DNA of 61,133 bases from Bacteroides sp. (GTDB lineage Bacteria; Bacteroidota; Bacteroidia; Bacteroidales; SM23-62), in assembly GCA_030640625.1 (NCBI GenBank), contig DAOWJB010000288.1, forward strand, positions 1 to 61,133, read 5' to 3'. Shown piece after piece: positions 9,047 through 20,600 of the stretch (positions are counted from its first letter, which is position 1; the number at the start of each line of letters is the position of its first letter). Made by a program: the position numbers and the translations under genes. The notes under the pieces were generated by a model. The model made no database searches, was not told the origin of the DNA, and saw only the letters and a program-made list of their open reading frames with translations.

Positions 9047-10471
9047 ATGAAGATAACTGTTACAGCGAGAACCGGACCCAAAGACAGCATTGTCCTGATA
9101 GGAAAATCCACTGCCAAAATTAAACCCTGGTTGAAATCAGACCAGGAAAAAGAGTACCTGAAATTTTGTCTTAATAATAAAAAAAAACAATTCGTATTCA
9201 ATCAATATCCCCGGTGGATCCTTGTCCACCTGATCGATGACCAGAAAAAGTCTTTCGCATCTCTTGAAGATACCAGGAAGGCATCAAGAATTATGTCAGA
9301 CCTGGTGAATGACCGGAAACTTACCTCAGTAACCCTCATCGGTCTGGAGAAAAAAAATGATCATTTACTGGCATTTGCAGAGGGATTAGCGCTAAGTAAC
9401 TACCAGTTCAATAAATACCTGAATAAAAAAGAAGATAAGGCCAATTCCCTAAAGACAATAAAAGTTCTTCTCAGAGACAGCAGTAAGGCTGTGAAAGAAC
9501 TGGATCAGATTTGCAGGGCCGTTTACCGGACCCGCGACCTGGTGAATGAGCCGCTGTCCACCCTCACAGCCGTTAAATTATCCAAGGAAATTGAAAATAT
9601 GGGTAAGGAAGCCGGTTTTGATGTTGAAACATTTCATAAGAAAAAAATAAAATCTCTCAGAATGGGCGGATTACTGGCTGTTAATAAGGGGAGCATAGAT
9701 CCACCTACATTTTCCATTCTGACCTGGAAACCTGAAAAGCCAAGAAATGACAAACCCATTGTCCTGGTGGGTAAAGGGGTGGTTTATGATACCGGGGGAC
9801 TCAGCCTGAAGCCGACAAACGACGCCATGGATTACATGAAATGCGATATGGCCGGAGCAGCTTCTGTGGTCGGAACCATTCATGCCCTGGCCAGCAATAA
9901 CATTCCTGTTCATGTTGTCGGACTTATTCCGGCTACCGATAACCGCCCCGATGGAAATGCCTATGTGCCTGGAGATGTAATAAAAATGTTTGATAACTCA
10001 ACCGTCGAAGTGCTGAATACAGATGCTGAAGGCAGAATGATCCTTGCCGATGCCCTGACCTGGGCAGACAAGCTGAATCCCCAGCTTGTTTTCAGTGTGG
10101 CAACTCTTACAGGAGCCGCACATGCTGCCATCGGGAAATACGGCATTGTCTCTATGGGCAATGCAGGAAAAAAAAAGATGGATTCATTGAAAAAAAGTGG
10201 TGAGCACGTATTTGAGCGGATTGCCGAATTTCCTTTCTGGGATGAATACGACGAATTGCTGAAATCAGATATTGCTGATCTGAAAAACATTGGTGGCAGA
10301 TATGCCGGAGCAATTACAGCAGGAAAATTCCTTGAACATTTTACCAACTATCCATATATTCACCTTGACATCGCAGGTCCGGCTTATATCAAAACCAGAG
10401 ATAATTATCGTGGTAAAGGTGGAACTGGTATTGGCGTCAGGCTACTATATGATTTTATCAAAAACTATTAA
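9047..10471 (+). CDS. pepA: Leucyl aminopeptidase (M17 family)
   Basis: M17 signature NTDAEGRMILADAL, VGKGVVYDTGGLSLKP and DMAGAA metal/substrate motifs. 474 aa. Confidence 0.9.
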   Translation: MKITVTARTGPKDSIVLIGKSTAKIKPWLKSDQEKEYLKFCLNNKKKQFVFNQYPRWILVHLIDDQKKSFASLEDTRKASRIMSDLVNDRKLTSVTLIGLEKKNDHLLAFAEGLALSNYQFNKYLNKKEDKANSLKTIKVLLRDSSKAVKELDQICRAVYRTRDLVNEPLSTLTAVKLSKEIENMGKEAGFDVETFHKKKIKSLRMGGLLAVNKGSIDPPTFSILTWKPEKPRNDKPIVLVGKGVVYDTGGLSLKPTNDAMDYMKCDMAGAASVVGTIHALASNNIPVHVVGLIPATDNRPDGNAYVPGDVIKMFDNSTVEVLNTDAEGRMILADALTWADKLNPQLVFSVATLTGAAHAAIGKYGIVSMGNAGKKKMDSLKKSGEHVFERIAEFPFWDEYDELLKSDIADLKNIGGRYAGAITAGKFLEHFTNYPYIHLDIAGPAYIKTRDNYRGKGGTGIGVRLLYDFIKNY

Positions 10472-10474
10472 AAA

Positions 10475-11518
10475 ATGATCAAGGTAGGCATAACACATGG
10501 CGACATTAATGGAATTGGTTATGAGGTACTTATTAAAACCTTGCTTGACAGCCGCATTTACAGTATCTGCACACCCATAATATACGGCTCACCAAAAGTT
10601 GCTGCATACCATCGGAAAGCCCTTGATATCGACAATTTCAACCTGAGCAGCATCAAATCCCCCGAAGAAGCCAATACGAAAAGGGCAAGTATTATTAATT
10701 GCGTCGATGATGATGTCAGGGTTGAGCTGGGTAAATCCACACCTGTAGCAGGGGAAGCCTCCCGACAGGCGTTGATGCGGGCAGTTGCAGACCTGAAGAA
10801 TAATAAGATCCAGGCCATTGTTACAGGCCCCATCAACAAGCTTAATATTCAATCAGATGATTTTAATTATACTGGTCATACCGAATTTCTTCAAGATTAC
10901 TTCGATGCCGAGGAAGTATTGATGCTTATGGCAGGTGACCTGATGAAAGTAGGTATTGTAAGCAGTCATATTCCGCTGGCCGAGGTACCGGCAAGGATAA
11001 GTACTGAAGATATCCTGGTAAAGCTTAAAATCCTGAATGATTCTCTCGTAAAAGACTTCGGGATCAGAAAACCCCGCATTGCTGTACTGGGTCTAAATCC
11101 GCATGCCGGTGAAGAAGGAATGCTTGGAATTGAGGAAAACGAAATGATCATTCCAGCCATAGAAAAAGCAAAGGAAGATCGCTTTACGGTTTTCGGGCCA
11201 TTCCCGGCAGATGGCTTTTTCGGTTCCGGTGATTTTACCAGGTTTGATGGCATTCTGGCAATGTATCATGACCAGGGACTGATCCCTTTCAAAACCCTGA
11301 TACCAGATGAAGGGGTCAATTATACAGCAGGCCTTCCCATTATCCGCACTTCCCCTGCCCATGGAACAGCTTTTGAAATTGCAGGGACTAATCGGGCCCG
11401 TTTTGGTTCTTTCCGCAAGGCACTTTATATGGCATGTGACATATATCAGAACAGGCTGAAGTACGAAGAGTTTACCAGCAATCCTCTGCCCGATAGAGAT
11501 ATCTCAGACCTTGACTAA
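10475..11518 (+). CDS. pdxA: 4-hydroxythreonine-4-phosphate dehydrogenase
   Basis: GDINGIGYEV N-terminus, TGPINK, GLNPHAGEEG and TSPAHGTAFEIAG motifs. 347 aa. Confidence 0.9.
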   Translation: MIKVGITHGDINGIGYEVLIKTLLDSRIYSICTPIIYGSPKVAAYHRKALDIDNFNLSSIKSPEEANTKRASIINCVDDDVRVELGKSTPVAGEASRQALMRAVADLKNNKIQAIVTGPINKLNIQSDDFNYTGHTEFLQDYFDAEEVLMLMAGDLMKVGIVSSHIPLAEVPARISTEDILVKLKILNDSLVKDFGIRKPRIAVLGLNPHAGEEGMLGIEENEMIIPAIEKAKEDRFTVFGPFPADGFFGSGDFTRFDGILAMYHDQGLIPFKTLIPDEGVNYTAGLPIIRTSPAHGTAFEIAGTNRARFGSFRKALYMACDIYQNRLKYEEFTSNPLPDRDISDLD

Positions 11519-11598
11519 TCCATTCTCTGCTGTTTAATAACATCCTGTTTTAGCCCTTTGGCTGCCAACTCAACAATCCTTCATACAAGGATATTCAT

Positions 11599-11606
11599 TA
11601 GCTTTG
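11599..11606 (+). promoter_or_regulatory. Candidate -7 box (TAnnTTTG) for maeB
   Basis: tagctttg overlaps the track's TTG start (11604), which argues for ATG 11634 as the true start. Confidence 0.4.
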
Positions 11607-11633
11607 CTTGAAATCCCTAAATGCTATCAGAAT

Positions 11634-13916
11634 ATGATCAGATTTACCAAAGAAGATGCCCTGAATTATCATTCAGAGGGCAGACCTGGAAAGATTGAAG
11701 TAGTTCCAACCAAACCACACAGTACCCAGTGGGACCTTTCAGTGGCATACTCTCCCGGAGTAGCCGAACCCTGCCTTGAGATCGAGAAAAACCCGGATGA
11801 TGTATATAAATATACTGCAAAAGGTAACCTTGTTGCGGTAATTTCCAACGGTACAGCTGTTCTGGGCCTTGGAAATATTGGTGCCCTGGCAGGCAAACCT
11901 GTCATGGAAGGGAAAGGCCTGCTCTTTAAGATTTTTGCTGATGTGGATGTATTTGATATCGAAATTGATACCACTGATGTGGAAAAGTTCATTGAACATG
12001 TGAAGGCCATCTCACCTACCTTCGGCGGGATCAATCTGGAAGATATTAAGGCACCTGAATGTTTCGAGATCGAGCAACGATTGATTAAGGAACTGGATAT
12101 TCCGGTCTTTCATGATGATCAGCATGGAACGGCCATCATCTCCGGAGCCGGCTTATTGAATGCACTGGAAATCATTGAAAAGAAGATCGAAAATCTCAAA
12201 GTGGTGGTTAACGGTGCCGGCGCTTCCGCCATATCCTGCTCCAGGCTATATGTAGCCATGGGAGTGAAAAAGGAAAATGTGATGATGGTTGACAGCAAAG
12301 GCGTCCTTAGTAAGAAACGGACCGACCTGAATAAATATAAAATGGAATTCGCTATTGAGACGGACAAAGTTACCCTGGAAGAAGCGGTTGAAGGGCGTGA
12401 TGTATTTCTGGGCTTATCTGTGGCTGATGTGCTAAGCCCGAAAATGTTAAAGACCATGGCTCCTGATCCAATCGTATTTGCCATGGCCAATCCGAATCCT
12501 GAGATCTCTTACGAGAAAGCCATGTCGGCCCGCGATGATCTCATTTTTGCTACTGGTAGATCAGATTATCCCAACCAGATAAACAATGTTCTCGGATTCC
12601 CATTCATCTTCCGGGGAGCACTCGACGTAAGGGCCAGGGAGATCAACGATGAGATGAAACTGGCTGCAGTAAAGGCGCTTGCCCAACTTGCCAAGGAGGA
12701 TGTGCCGGAAATTGTCAGCACGGCATACAAGGTAAAGAACATTGTCTTTGGCCGGCAATATATCATCCCGAAACCACTCGATCCCAGGCTTATAACTTCT
12801 GTCGCTCCTGCCGTGGCAAAAGCGGCGATGGACACTGGTATGGCACGCAAGACGATTACAGATTGGGATGCCTACAGGGAAGAACTCATCCAGCGGCTTG
12901 GATTGGACAGTCGTCTGATCAGGGTGATCCTCAATAAGGCACAACAGGATCCAAAGCGGGTGGTATTTGCCGAGGCAGAGAATTTTAAGGTCCTGAAGGC
13001 AGCCCAGACCGTGATCCATCAGGGAATCGCAAAACCAATCCTGCTGGGCAGCAAACAAAAGGTCACAAGCCTCATCAAGGAAAACAGCCTGGACCTGGAG
13101 GATGCAGTGATCATTGATCCGATAAGTGATGATGAACAGGATACACGGAAGGAATTTGCCCGTTTGTTCTTTGAGCAGCGGCAGCGAAAGGGACTAACCT
13201 ATGATGAAGCTCTGGAATTGATGTTTCAGCGAAATTATTTTGGTTCCATGCTGGTTGAAACAGGTCAGGCTGATGCCTTTCTCAGTGGCTTTACCAGCAA
13301 GTATGCTGATACAATCAGGCCGGCGTTGCAGGTTGTCGGGACCAATAATCCACAGGACCGTATTGCTGGCATGTATATACTGATCACAAAAAAAGGGCCC
13401 CTGTTTTTTGCAGATACAACTGTTAATATATCACCTTCTGCAAGGACACTGGTGGATGTAACCTTATTGGCACATCGCGAAGTACAGAAATTCAACATTA
13501 AGCCACGGATAGCATTGTTATCCTATTCCAATTTTGGTGCCATTCGCACCGGAAGTCCGACCCGCGTACATGAGGCTGTCAATATCCTTCACAAAGATCA
13601 TCCCGACCTTGTCGTTGATGGGGAAATACAGGCAAATTTCGCAACCAACAAGGAATTACGCATGAAAAAATTTCCTTTTTCGAAGTTACAGGATATGGAT
13701 GTAAACACGTTTATTTTCCCAAACCTCAGTTCAGGCAATATTGCCTATAAATTAATGCATGAACTGGCCGGCATGGAAGTGATCGGACCAATTCTGCTGG
13801 GGATCAGGAAACCTATTCATATCCTGCATCTGGAAAGTTCCGTTCGTGAGATCGTGAACATGACAGCCATTTCTGTCATTGATGCACAATACCAGGAAGA
13901 GGAAGATTCCCACTAA
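11634..13916 (+). CDS. maeB: NADP-dependent malic enzyme with a C-terminal phosphate-acetyltransferase-like domain
   Basis: [13 protein letters not shown]...VYTPGVA-type N-terminus, a malic-enzyme NAD(P) domain (VVNGAGASA), and a ~330-aa PTA-like C-terminal half. About 760 aa from ATG 11634. Confidence 0.9.
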   Translation: MIRFTKEDALNYHSEGRPGKIEVVPTKPHSTQWDLSVAYSPGVAEPCLEIEKNPDDVYKYTAKGNLVAVISNGTAVLGLGNIGALAGKPVMEGKGLLFKIFADVDVFDIEIDTTDVEKFIEHVKAISPTFGGINLEDIKAPECFEIEQRLIKELDIPVFHDDQHGTAIISGAGLLNALEIIEKKIENLKVVVNGAGASAISCSRLYVAMGVKKENVMMVDSKGVLSKKRTDLNKYKMEFAIETDKVTLEEAVEGRDVFLGLSVADVLSPKMLKTMAPDPIVFAMANPNPEISYEKAMSARDDLIFATGRSDYPNQINNVLGFPFIFRGALDVRAREINDEMKLAAVKALAQLAKEDVPEIVSTAYKVKNIVFGRQYIIPKPLDPRLITSVAPAVAKAAMDTGMARKTITDWDAYREELIQRLGLDSRLIRVILNKAQQDPKRVVFAEAENFKVLKAAQTVIHQGIAKPILLGSKQKVTSLIKENSLDLEDAVIIDPISDDEQDTRKEFARLFFEQRQRKGLTYDEALELMFQRNYFGSMLVETGQADAFLSGFTSKYADTIRPALQVVGTNNPQDRIAGMYILITKKGPLFFADTTVNISPSARTLVDVTLLAHREVQKFNIKPRIALLSYSNFGAIRTGSPTRVHEAVNILHKDHPDLVVDGEIQANFATNKELRMKKFPFSKLQDMDVNTFIFPNLSSGNIAYKLMHELAGMEVIGPILLGIRKPIHILHLESSVREIVNMTAISVIDAQYQEEEDSH

Positions 13917-13974
13917 GCAACCGGTATTAACAGTAAATTGTTATTTTTAGGCTTTTATACTTTAGCCACTAAAC

Positions 13975-14556
13975 ATGTACGAGTTTATTACCGGGGATAT
14001 CGTTGAGAAAACGCCCACTTTTATTATCCTGGAAACTGGTAATGTCGGATATTTTATCAATATATCCCTCTTTACCTACAGCCTTCTCCCGGACCAGAAG
14101 CCCTGTCAGCTTTTCATCCATCAGATCGTAAGGGAAGATGCACATGTCCTTTTCGGATTTATCAACAAGGAAGAACGGGAAGTGTTCCGCCAACTGATCT
14201 CTGTCTCAGGGGTTGGTGCAAATACAGCCCGGCTGATCCTGTCTTCTTTGAGTCCACTGGAGATCCAACAGGCGATCAATGAAGCTAATGTGCTGGAGCT
14301 GCAACAGATCAAAGGAATCGGGGCCAAGTCCGCACAACGCATCATCGTTGATCTGAAAGGAAAGATCAGTAAGGCTGCAGAAATGGACCAATTATTCCCT
14401 CCGAAAAGCAATACTATCAAAGAAGAATCGTTATCTGCTTTAGTTAATCTTGGTTTTACTAAGAAAACTGTGGAGAAAGTCCTTGATCAGGTCCTCAAAG
14501 GTAATGATCAGCTTATTGTTGAAGAGTTGATTAAAGAAGCCCTTAAAAAACTTTGA
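13975..14556 (+). CDS. ruvA: Holliday junction branch migration complex subunit RuvA
   Basis: MYEFITG... N-terminus, HhH motifs (SVSGVGANTARLILS, IKGIGAKSAQRII). 193 aa. Confidence 0.9.
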   Translation: MYEFITGDIVEKTPTFIILETGNVGYFINISLFTYSLLPDQKPCQLFIHQIVREDAHVLFGFINKEEREVFRQLISVSGVGANTARLILSSLSPLEIQQAINEANVLELQQIKGIGAKSAQRIIVDLKGKISKAAEMDQLFPPKSNTIKEESLSALVNLGFTKKTVEKVLDQVLKGNDQLIVEELIKEALKKL

Positions 14557-14604
14557 ATTAGCTAACCACCATCAGCCTAACTTTTGAAGAGGGGTATAAA
14601 ATAC

Positions 14605-17600
14605 ATGGCTGTTCCTGTCATTATTTTTACCCTGTCAGCTGTCTTTTCGTCCGCTGTCAGGGCACAAGCAACACAGGACAGTATAGACCTGAGGTATCCC
14701 TTCAGGGAGGATCCTGATGGCAACATTTCTGATCCAGGCGATATTTCACCTCTATTCCTCAGCAATCCTTCCAATATCGAGTCAGATATTGTTTATGACC
14801 CCAGGACCAATTCCTATGTTTTTTCTGAGAAAGTTGGAAGATTCAATTATCGTCCATCGCGTGTAATGTCCTTTGATGAATACAGAACCTTTGAGATGAA
14901 CCAGGCCACAAGGCAGTACTGGAAGCAACGCAGGGGAAATGACAACTTGGAGACCCAGGCCTCATTAATTCCGACCATCAATGTTGGCGGGGAAGCATTT
15001 GACCGGGTATTTGGTAATAATACAATCAACATCATTCCCCAGGGTTACGCTGAATTGATATTTGGTTTCAACCTTTCGAAAATTGACAATCCTACCATTT
15101 CCGAAAGATTACGGAGCACCCCATCCTTTACCTTCGAAGAGAAAATACAGATGAATGTTACCGGGACCATTGGAGACAAGATGAAACTGGGTGTAAATTA
15201 CAATACGGAGGCAACTTTTGAATTCGAAAATAAAACCAAGCTGGAATACACAGGAAAAGAAGATGAAATCATCAAAAAGATCGAAGCGGGAGATGTAACC
15301 CTTCCCTTGTCCGGATCACTGATCCAGGGAAGCCAGAGTCTTTTTGGATTAAAAACAGAATTACAATTTGGAAAACTAACTGTAACCTCTGTATTCTCAC
15401 AGCAAAAGGGTGAAACATCGGTTATCGATATACAAGGAGGGGCACAGCTTAGTGAATATGAGTTGAATGTGGATGAATATGATGCCAACAGGCATTTCTT
15501 CCTTGCACATTATTACAAGGATAACTATGACCGTTCACTGGCCAGTCTGCCGGTGATCAACTCTGGCATAAATATTACCAAGATCGAGGTCTGGATAACC
15601 AACAAAACAAGCAATTTCGAAAATTCAAGGAATATTATTGGACTGATGGACCTGGCTGAGGACCAGAGAAACATTTATGGTACCGATTTCTGGTCGCAGA
15701 CACCCGGACAGGTAGGGAATAATCCCAGGAACGAACTGAACACCCAGTACCAGGAGATGACAACTACCTATTCAGGGATCCGGAATATAAATTTAATCAC
15801 TTCGGCACTTGCTCCATTACGGCCTGGATTCAAGGCCGGACAGGATTATGAGAAAATTGAAAATGCCCGGAAATTATCTCCGAGGGAATTTACCCTCAAT
15901 TCAAAACTTGGTTACATATCTCTGAATGCCGCCCTGAATTCCGATGAAGTGCTGGCAGTAGCCTATGAATACACCCTTAACGGAAAAACCTTTAAAGTCG
16001 GGGAATTATCGTCTGATGGAGTAACAGCCCCAACTACATTGATTGTTAAACTGCTGAAGGGGACCAACCTTACACCACAGCTGCCCACCTGGGAACTGAT
16101 GATGAAAAACATCTATGCCATCGGAGCTTTCCAGGTAAATCCTGATGAATTTATACTGGAAATACTGTATAATGACGATCAGACGGGGACCACTGTTAAT
16201 TATCTACCTGAAGGCGAGATTAAAGACCAGATCCTGCTCAGGGTATTAAACCTCGATAACCTGAATGATCAGCTTGATCCATTGCCGGACGGGCGATTCG
16301 ATTTCATCAATGGAATTACCATAAATCCAGGCAATGGCAGGATCATTTTTCCTGTATTGGAACCCTTCGGGGATCACCTAAGAAAGGAGATCAATGATGA
16401 TGCTATCGCCGAGAAATATGTGTTTGATGAATTATATGATTCAACCCGGACGGTTGCCTCGCAAATCGCTGAGAAAAACAAGTTTATCCTTGCCGGGACC
16501 TATAAATCCTCGAGCAGTTCTGAGATCATGCTGAATGCCATGAATATCCCTCAGGGTTCTGTGGTTGTAACAGCCGGCGGCAGACAGCTGACCGAAAATG
16601 TGGATTATACGGTGGATTATATGGTTGGAAGCGTAACCATTATTAACCAGGGTCTCCTGGAATCGGGTACTCCTATAAGGGTATCCATGGAAAGTACTTC
16701 CCTTTTCGCCATTCAGACCAAAACCCTGCTGGGGACCCACCTGGATTACCGTATTTCTGATGATTTCCGCCTTGGCGGTACCATCATGAACCTGACCGAA
16801 AGGCCCCTGACCCAGAAAGTTAGCATCGGCGATGAACCAATCTCGAATACGATCTGGGGGTTTGATGGATCTTATCGGACAGAATCGCAATTCCTGACCA
16901 CCCTGGTGGATGCCATCCCGCTAATCTCCACAAAGGAACCCTCCAATATCACCTTTACGGGTGAGTTCGCACACCTGATCCCAGGTCATTCAAAGGCCAT
17001 CCAGAAAGAGGGGACGGCTTATATCGATGACTTTGAAGGCAGCCAGACATCCATTGACATGAAGAATTTTGCGGCATGGGTTTATGCCAGTACACCGGTC
17101 GGAAGGTTTTCTGAAGGAATCGATGTAAATGACTGGCGATACAATTTTAACCGTGCAAAATTTTCCTATTATGTGATCGATCCTTTATTCCTGCGTAACA
17201 ATTCATTGACTCCTCCACATATCAAGGCTGATCCCAATACGCAATCAAGTCACTTTGTTGAAGAGGTTTTTGAAACAGATATTTTCCCTAACAAAGAAAA
17301 TCCCAGCGGCGTACCAACCAACATTTCTATATTGAACTTATCCTTCTATCCACAGGAGAAGGGTCTGTATAATTACACGACCGAGGTAGATGCCAACGGG
17401 AGCCTGTTGAATCCTCAACAGCGCTGGGGAGGGATCATGAGGGAGATCATGACCAATGACTTTGAAACTGCAAATGTGGAGTTCATTGAGTTCTGGTTGA
17501 TGGATCCATTTGTAGAGGATCCTGAACATGCCGGAGGTGAATTGTACTTTAACCTGGGTGAAATTTCAGAGGATATATTGAGAGACTCGCGAAAGGCTTT

Positions 17601-20600
17601 TGAAAACGGCTTGCCTCCCAGTGAGGAGGTTACCCTGGTCGACACCACGGTATGGGGCCGCGTCCCCCTGGTTCAGTCCCTCGTCAACGCCTTCAACAAT
17701 GATCCTAATTCCAGGGAATTCCAGGATATCGGCCTCGACGGATTGAATGATAACGAAGAAAGGGACTTCTTCAGTGATTATCTGGACAGCTTGGGTTTGA
17801 TACACGGGGTAAATTCACCCGCTTATCAACTGGCCCAGGATGATCCATCACAGGATAACTACCATTACTTCAGGGGTACTGATTATGACCAGGCGGAAGT
17901 TGGGATCCTTGACCGTTACCGGGATTATAACGGCCACCAGGGAAACTCCCCTACCTCGGAACAATCAGTGGAAGCTTATCCTACCTCGGGATCCACACTG
18001 CCGGATGTAGAGGACATTAACAGGGACAATACCCTTAATGAGAAGGAAAGCTACTATGAATACCTCGTTAACCTAAGGCCTGGTAGCATGAAAGTGGGAC
18101 AGAATTTCATCACCGATAAGGTGACCAAGAGTTCTGATTTCCCCAATGGTACAAAATCAACTGTCGACTGGTACCAGTTCCGTATACCCATCCATTCATA
18201 CGAAGTCAGGGTCGGAGCCATCCGGGATTTCAAATCGATCCGCTTCATGCGTATGTATCTGAACGGATTTGATGATCCCGTTACACTTCGTTTCGCCAGG
18301 CTTGACCTGGTGAGGGGTGATTGGAGAAGATACCAGTTTGAGATCACCGAAGGTGGAGAAAATCTGTCTACACCGGAACCTTCAGACGGGATCCTGGATG
18401 TTTCTGCTGTAAATATTGAGGAAAATGCCGGAAAGACACCTGTTAACTATGTACTACCCCCGGGAATTGACCGGGTGATCGATCCGACCAACCCACAGCT
18501 CCGCCAGCTAAATGAGCAATCCCTGCTGTTGAAGGTACAGGGACTTGACGATGGAGATGCCAGGGCGGTTTATAAGAACACTTCCCTGGATATCCGGCAA
18601 TATGGGAAACTCCAGATGGAGGTCCATGCAGAAGCACTTGAAGAAGAGATACTGAATGATGATGACCTGGTTGCCTTTATCAGGCTGGGTTCTGATTATA
18701 AAAACAATTATTACGAGTATGAGGTCTCCATGAAGGTCACACCCCCGGGATTCTATAATAATGATGACGGTAACGACCGCCTGATTGTGTGGCCAACAGA
18801 AAACCGCTTTGAGATCGTTCTGACGATTTTCCAGGATGTAAAACAGGCCAGGAATGACAATATGAGAGTGACCAGTTCCTCTATTGATTATAATTCTGTA
18901 TTCAGCGTAATTGATGGAAAAGGAAACAAGGTAAGTGTCAAGGGGAATCCCAACCTCAGCAATATCCGTACCATCATGCTGGGAGTCCGGAATCCGAAAG
19001 CAGGAAATAATCCCAACGAGGATGATGGCATGCCCAAATCCGGTGAGATCTGGCTGAATGAATTAAGGCTGACGGACTTCAATGAGAATGGTGGATGGGC
19101 TGCAAATGCCCGGATGACAGTTAAACTTGCTGATCTTGGAACCGTTACGCTGGCAGGAAATACGAGTAAACATGGTTTTGGTAGTATTGAGAAAAAGGTT
19201 AATGAAAGGCAGTTGGAAGATATATACGCTTATAATATCTCCTCAAACCTGGAACTTGGGAAGTTCTTTCCCGAGAAGGCAGGTGTTACGATACCTATGT
19301 TCATAGGATTTTCAGAATCAAGGATCAATCCACAATACAATCCGCTGGATCCTGATATCCCTCTGAAATCTGCTTTGAAAAATGCTGAAACTAAGGTAGA
19401 AAGGGATTCCATAAAAAGAATCGCCCAGGATTATACCAAGCGAAGCAGTATAAACCTGACCAATGTAAGGAAACAAAAAATGCAGGGGCAGCCCCGTTTT
19501 TATGACCTGGCAAACTGGAATGTCAGTTATGCCTACAGCGCAAGTGAACATCGTGATATAAATACCGAATATGATATTCGCAATCGCCACAGGGGAGCAC
19601 TGAATTACAATTTTAATACTCGCCCTAAAAATGTTCAGCCATTTGCCAAGGCTAATATATTCACATCTCCCCATCTCAGGTTATTGAAGGATATTAACTT
19701 TTATTTTTACCCGTCACGCTTTTCCTTCCGTACCGACTTGAACCGGAATTATGCAGAAAGGAAAATCAGGAATCTTTCCAATCCCGGACTCAGAATTGAC
19801 ACCATTGTATCAAAAAATTTCATCTGGAACCGTTATTATGATGTGCAATTCGACCTGACCCGTGCATTAAAATTTGATTTCAGCGCTACCAATACTTCAA
19901 GGATTGATGAACCCGAAGGAGTGCTGCGCAAAGGCGAGGGGGATTATGAAGAAAAAATGGATTCACTGTGGCGGGAGATCCTGACTGGGGGAAGGAATAC
20001 ACGTTATATCCATAATTTTAATGCATCCTATACGATCCCGATCAATAAGATACCATTGCTGAACTGGATCACCTCATCGGTCCGATACGGGGCAAACTAT
20101 GGCTGGGATGTTGGTCCCATTACTGCTGACACAATTAACCTGGGCAATACCGTTAAAAATTCAAACAATTTCCAGCTCAACGGCCAATTGACGATGACCA
20201 ACCTCTATAACAAGGTCCCCTACTTAAAAGATGTCAATAATAAATTCAGGAGTGGATTCAGGCAACCCTCAACCGAAGGGAGGACCAAGGAAGTCAGTTA
20301 TACCCAGGAAGGGATTACACTGCGTTCCGGACGTACACGCTCGATAAATCATAAGTTAAAAACGGAAACTGTCACCGTTGTTTTCTACAGTGAGGAGGGA
20401 CAGGAGATCGAGGGGGAACTGGTGGTTGCCAGTGAAAACCGGATTACCTTTACCACAGATACTTCCGCTGAGGATTACCGAAGGGCCAGGGTAGAGATTA
20501 CAGGCACCATTGAAAAAGGGGATAATCCATTAATTATCATTGCGGATTACACTACCAGGATCCTGATGGGGATACGTAATATTTCTGTCACCTTTAACCA

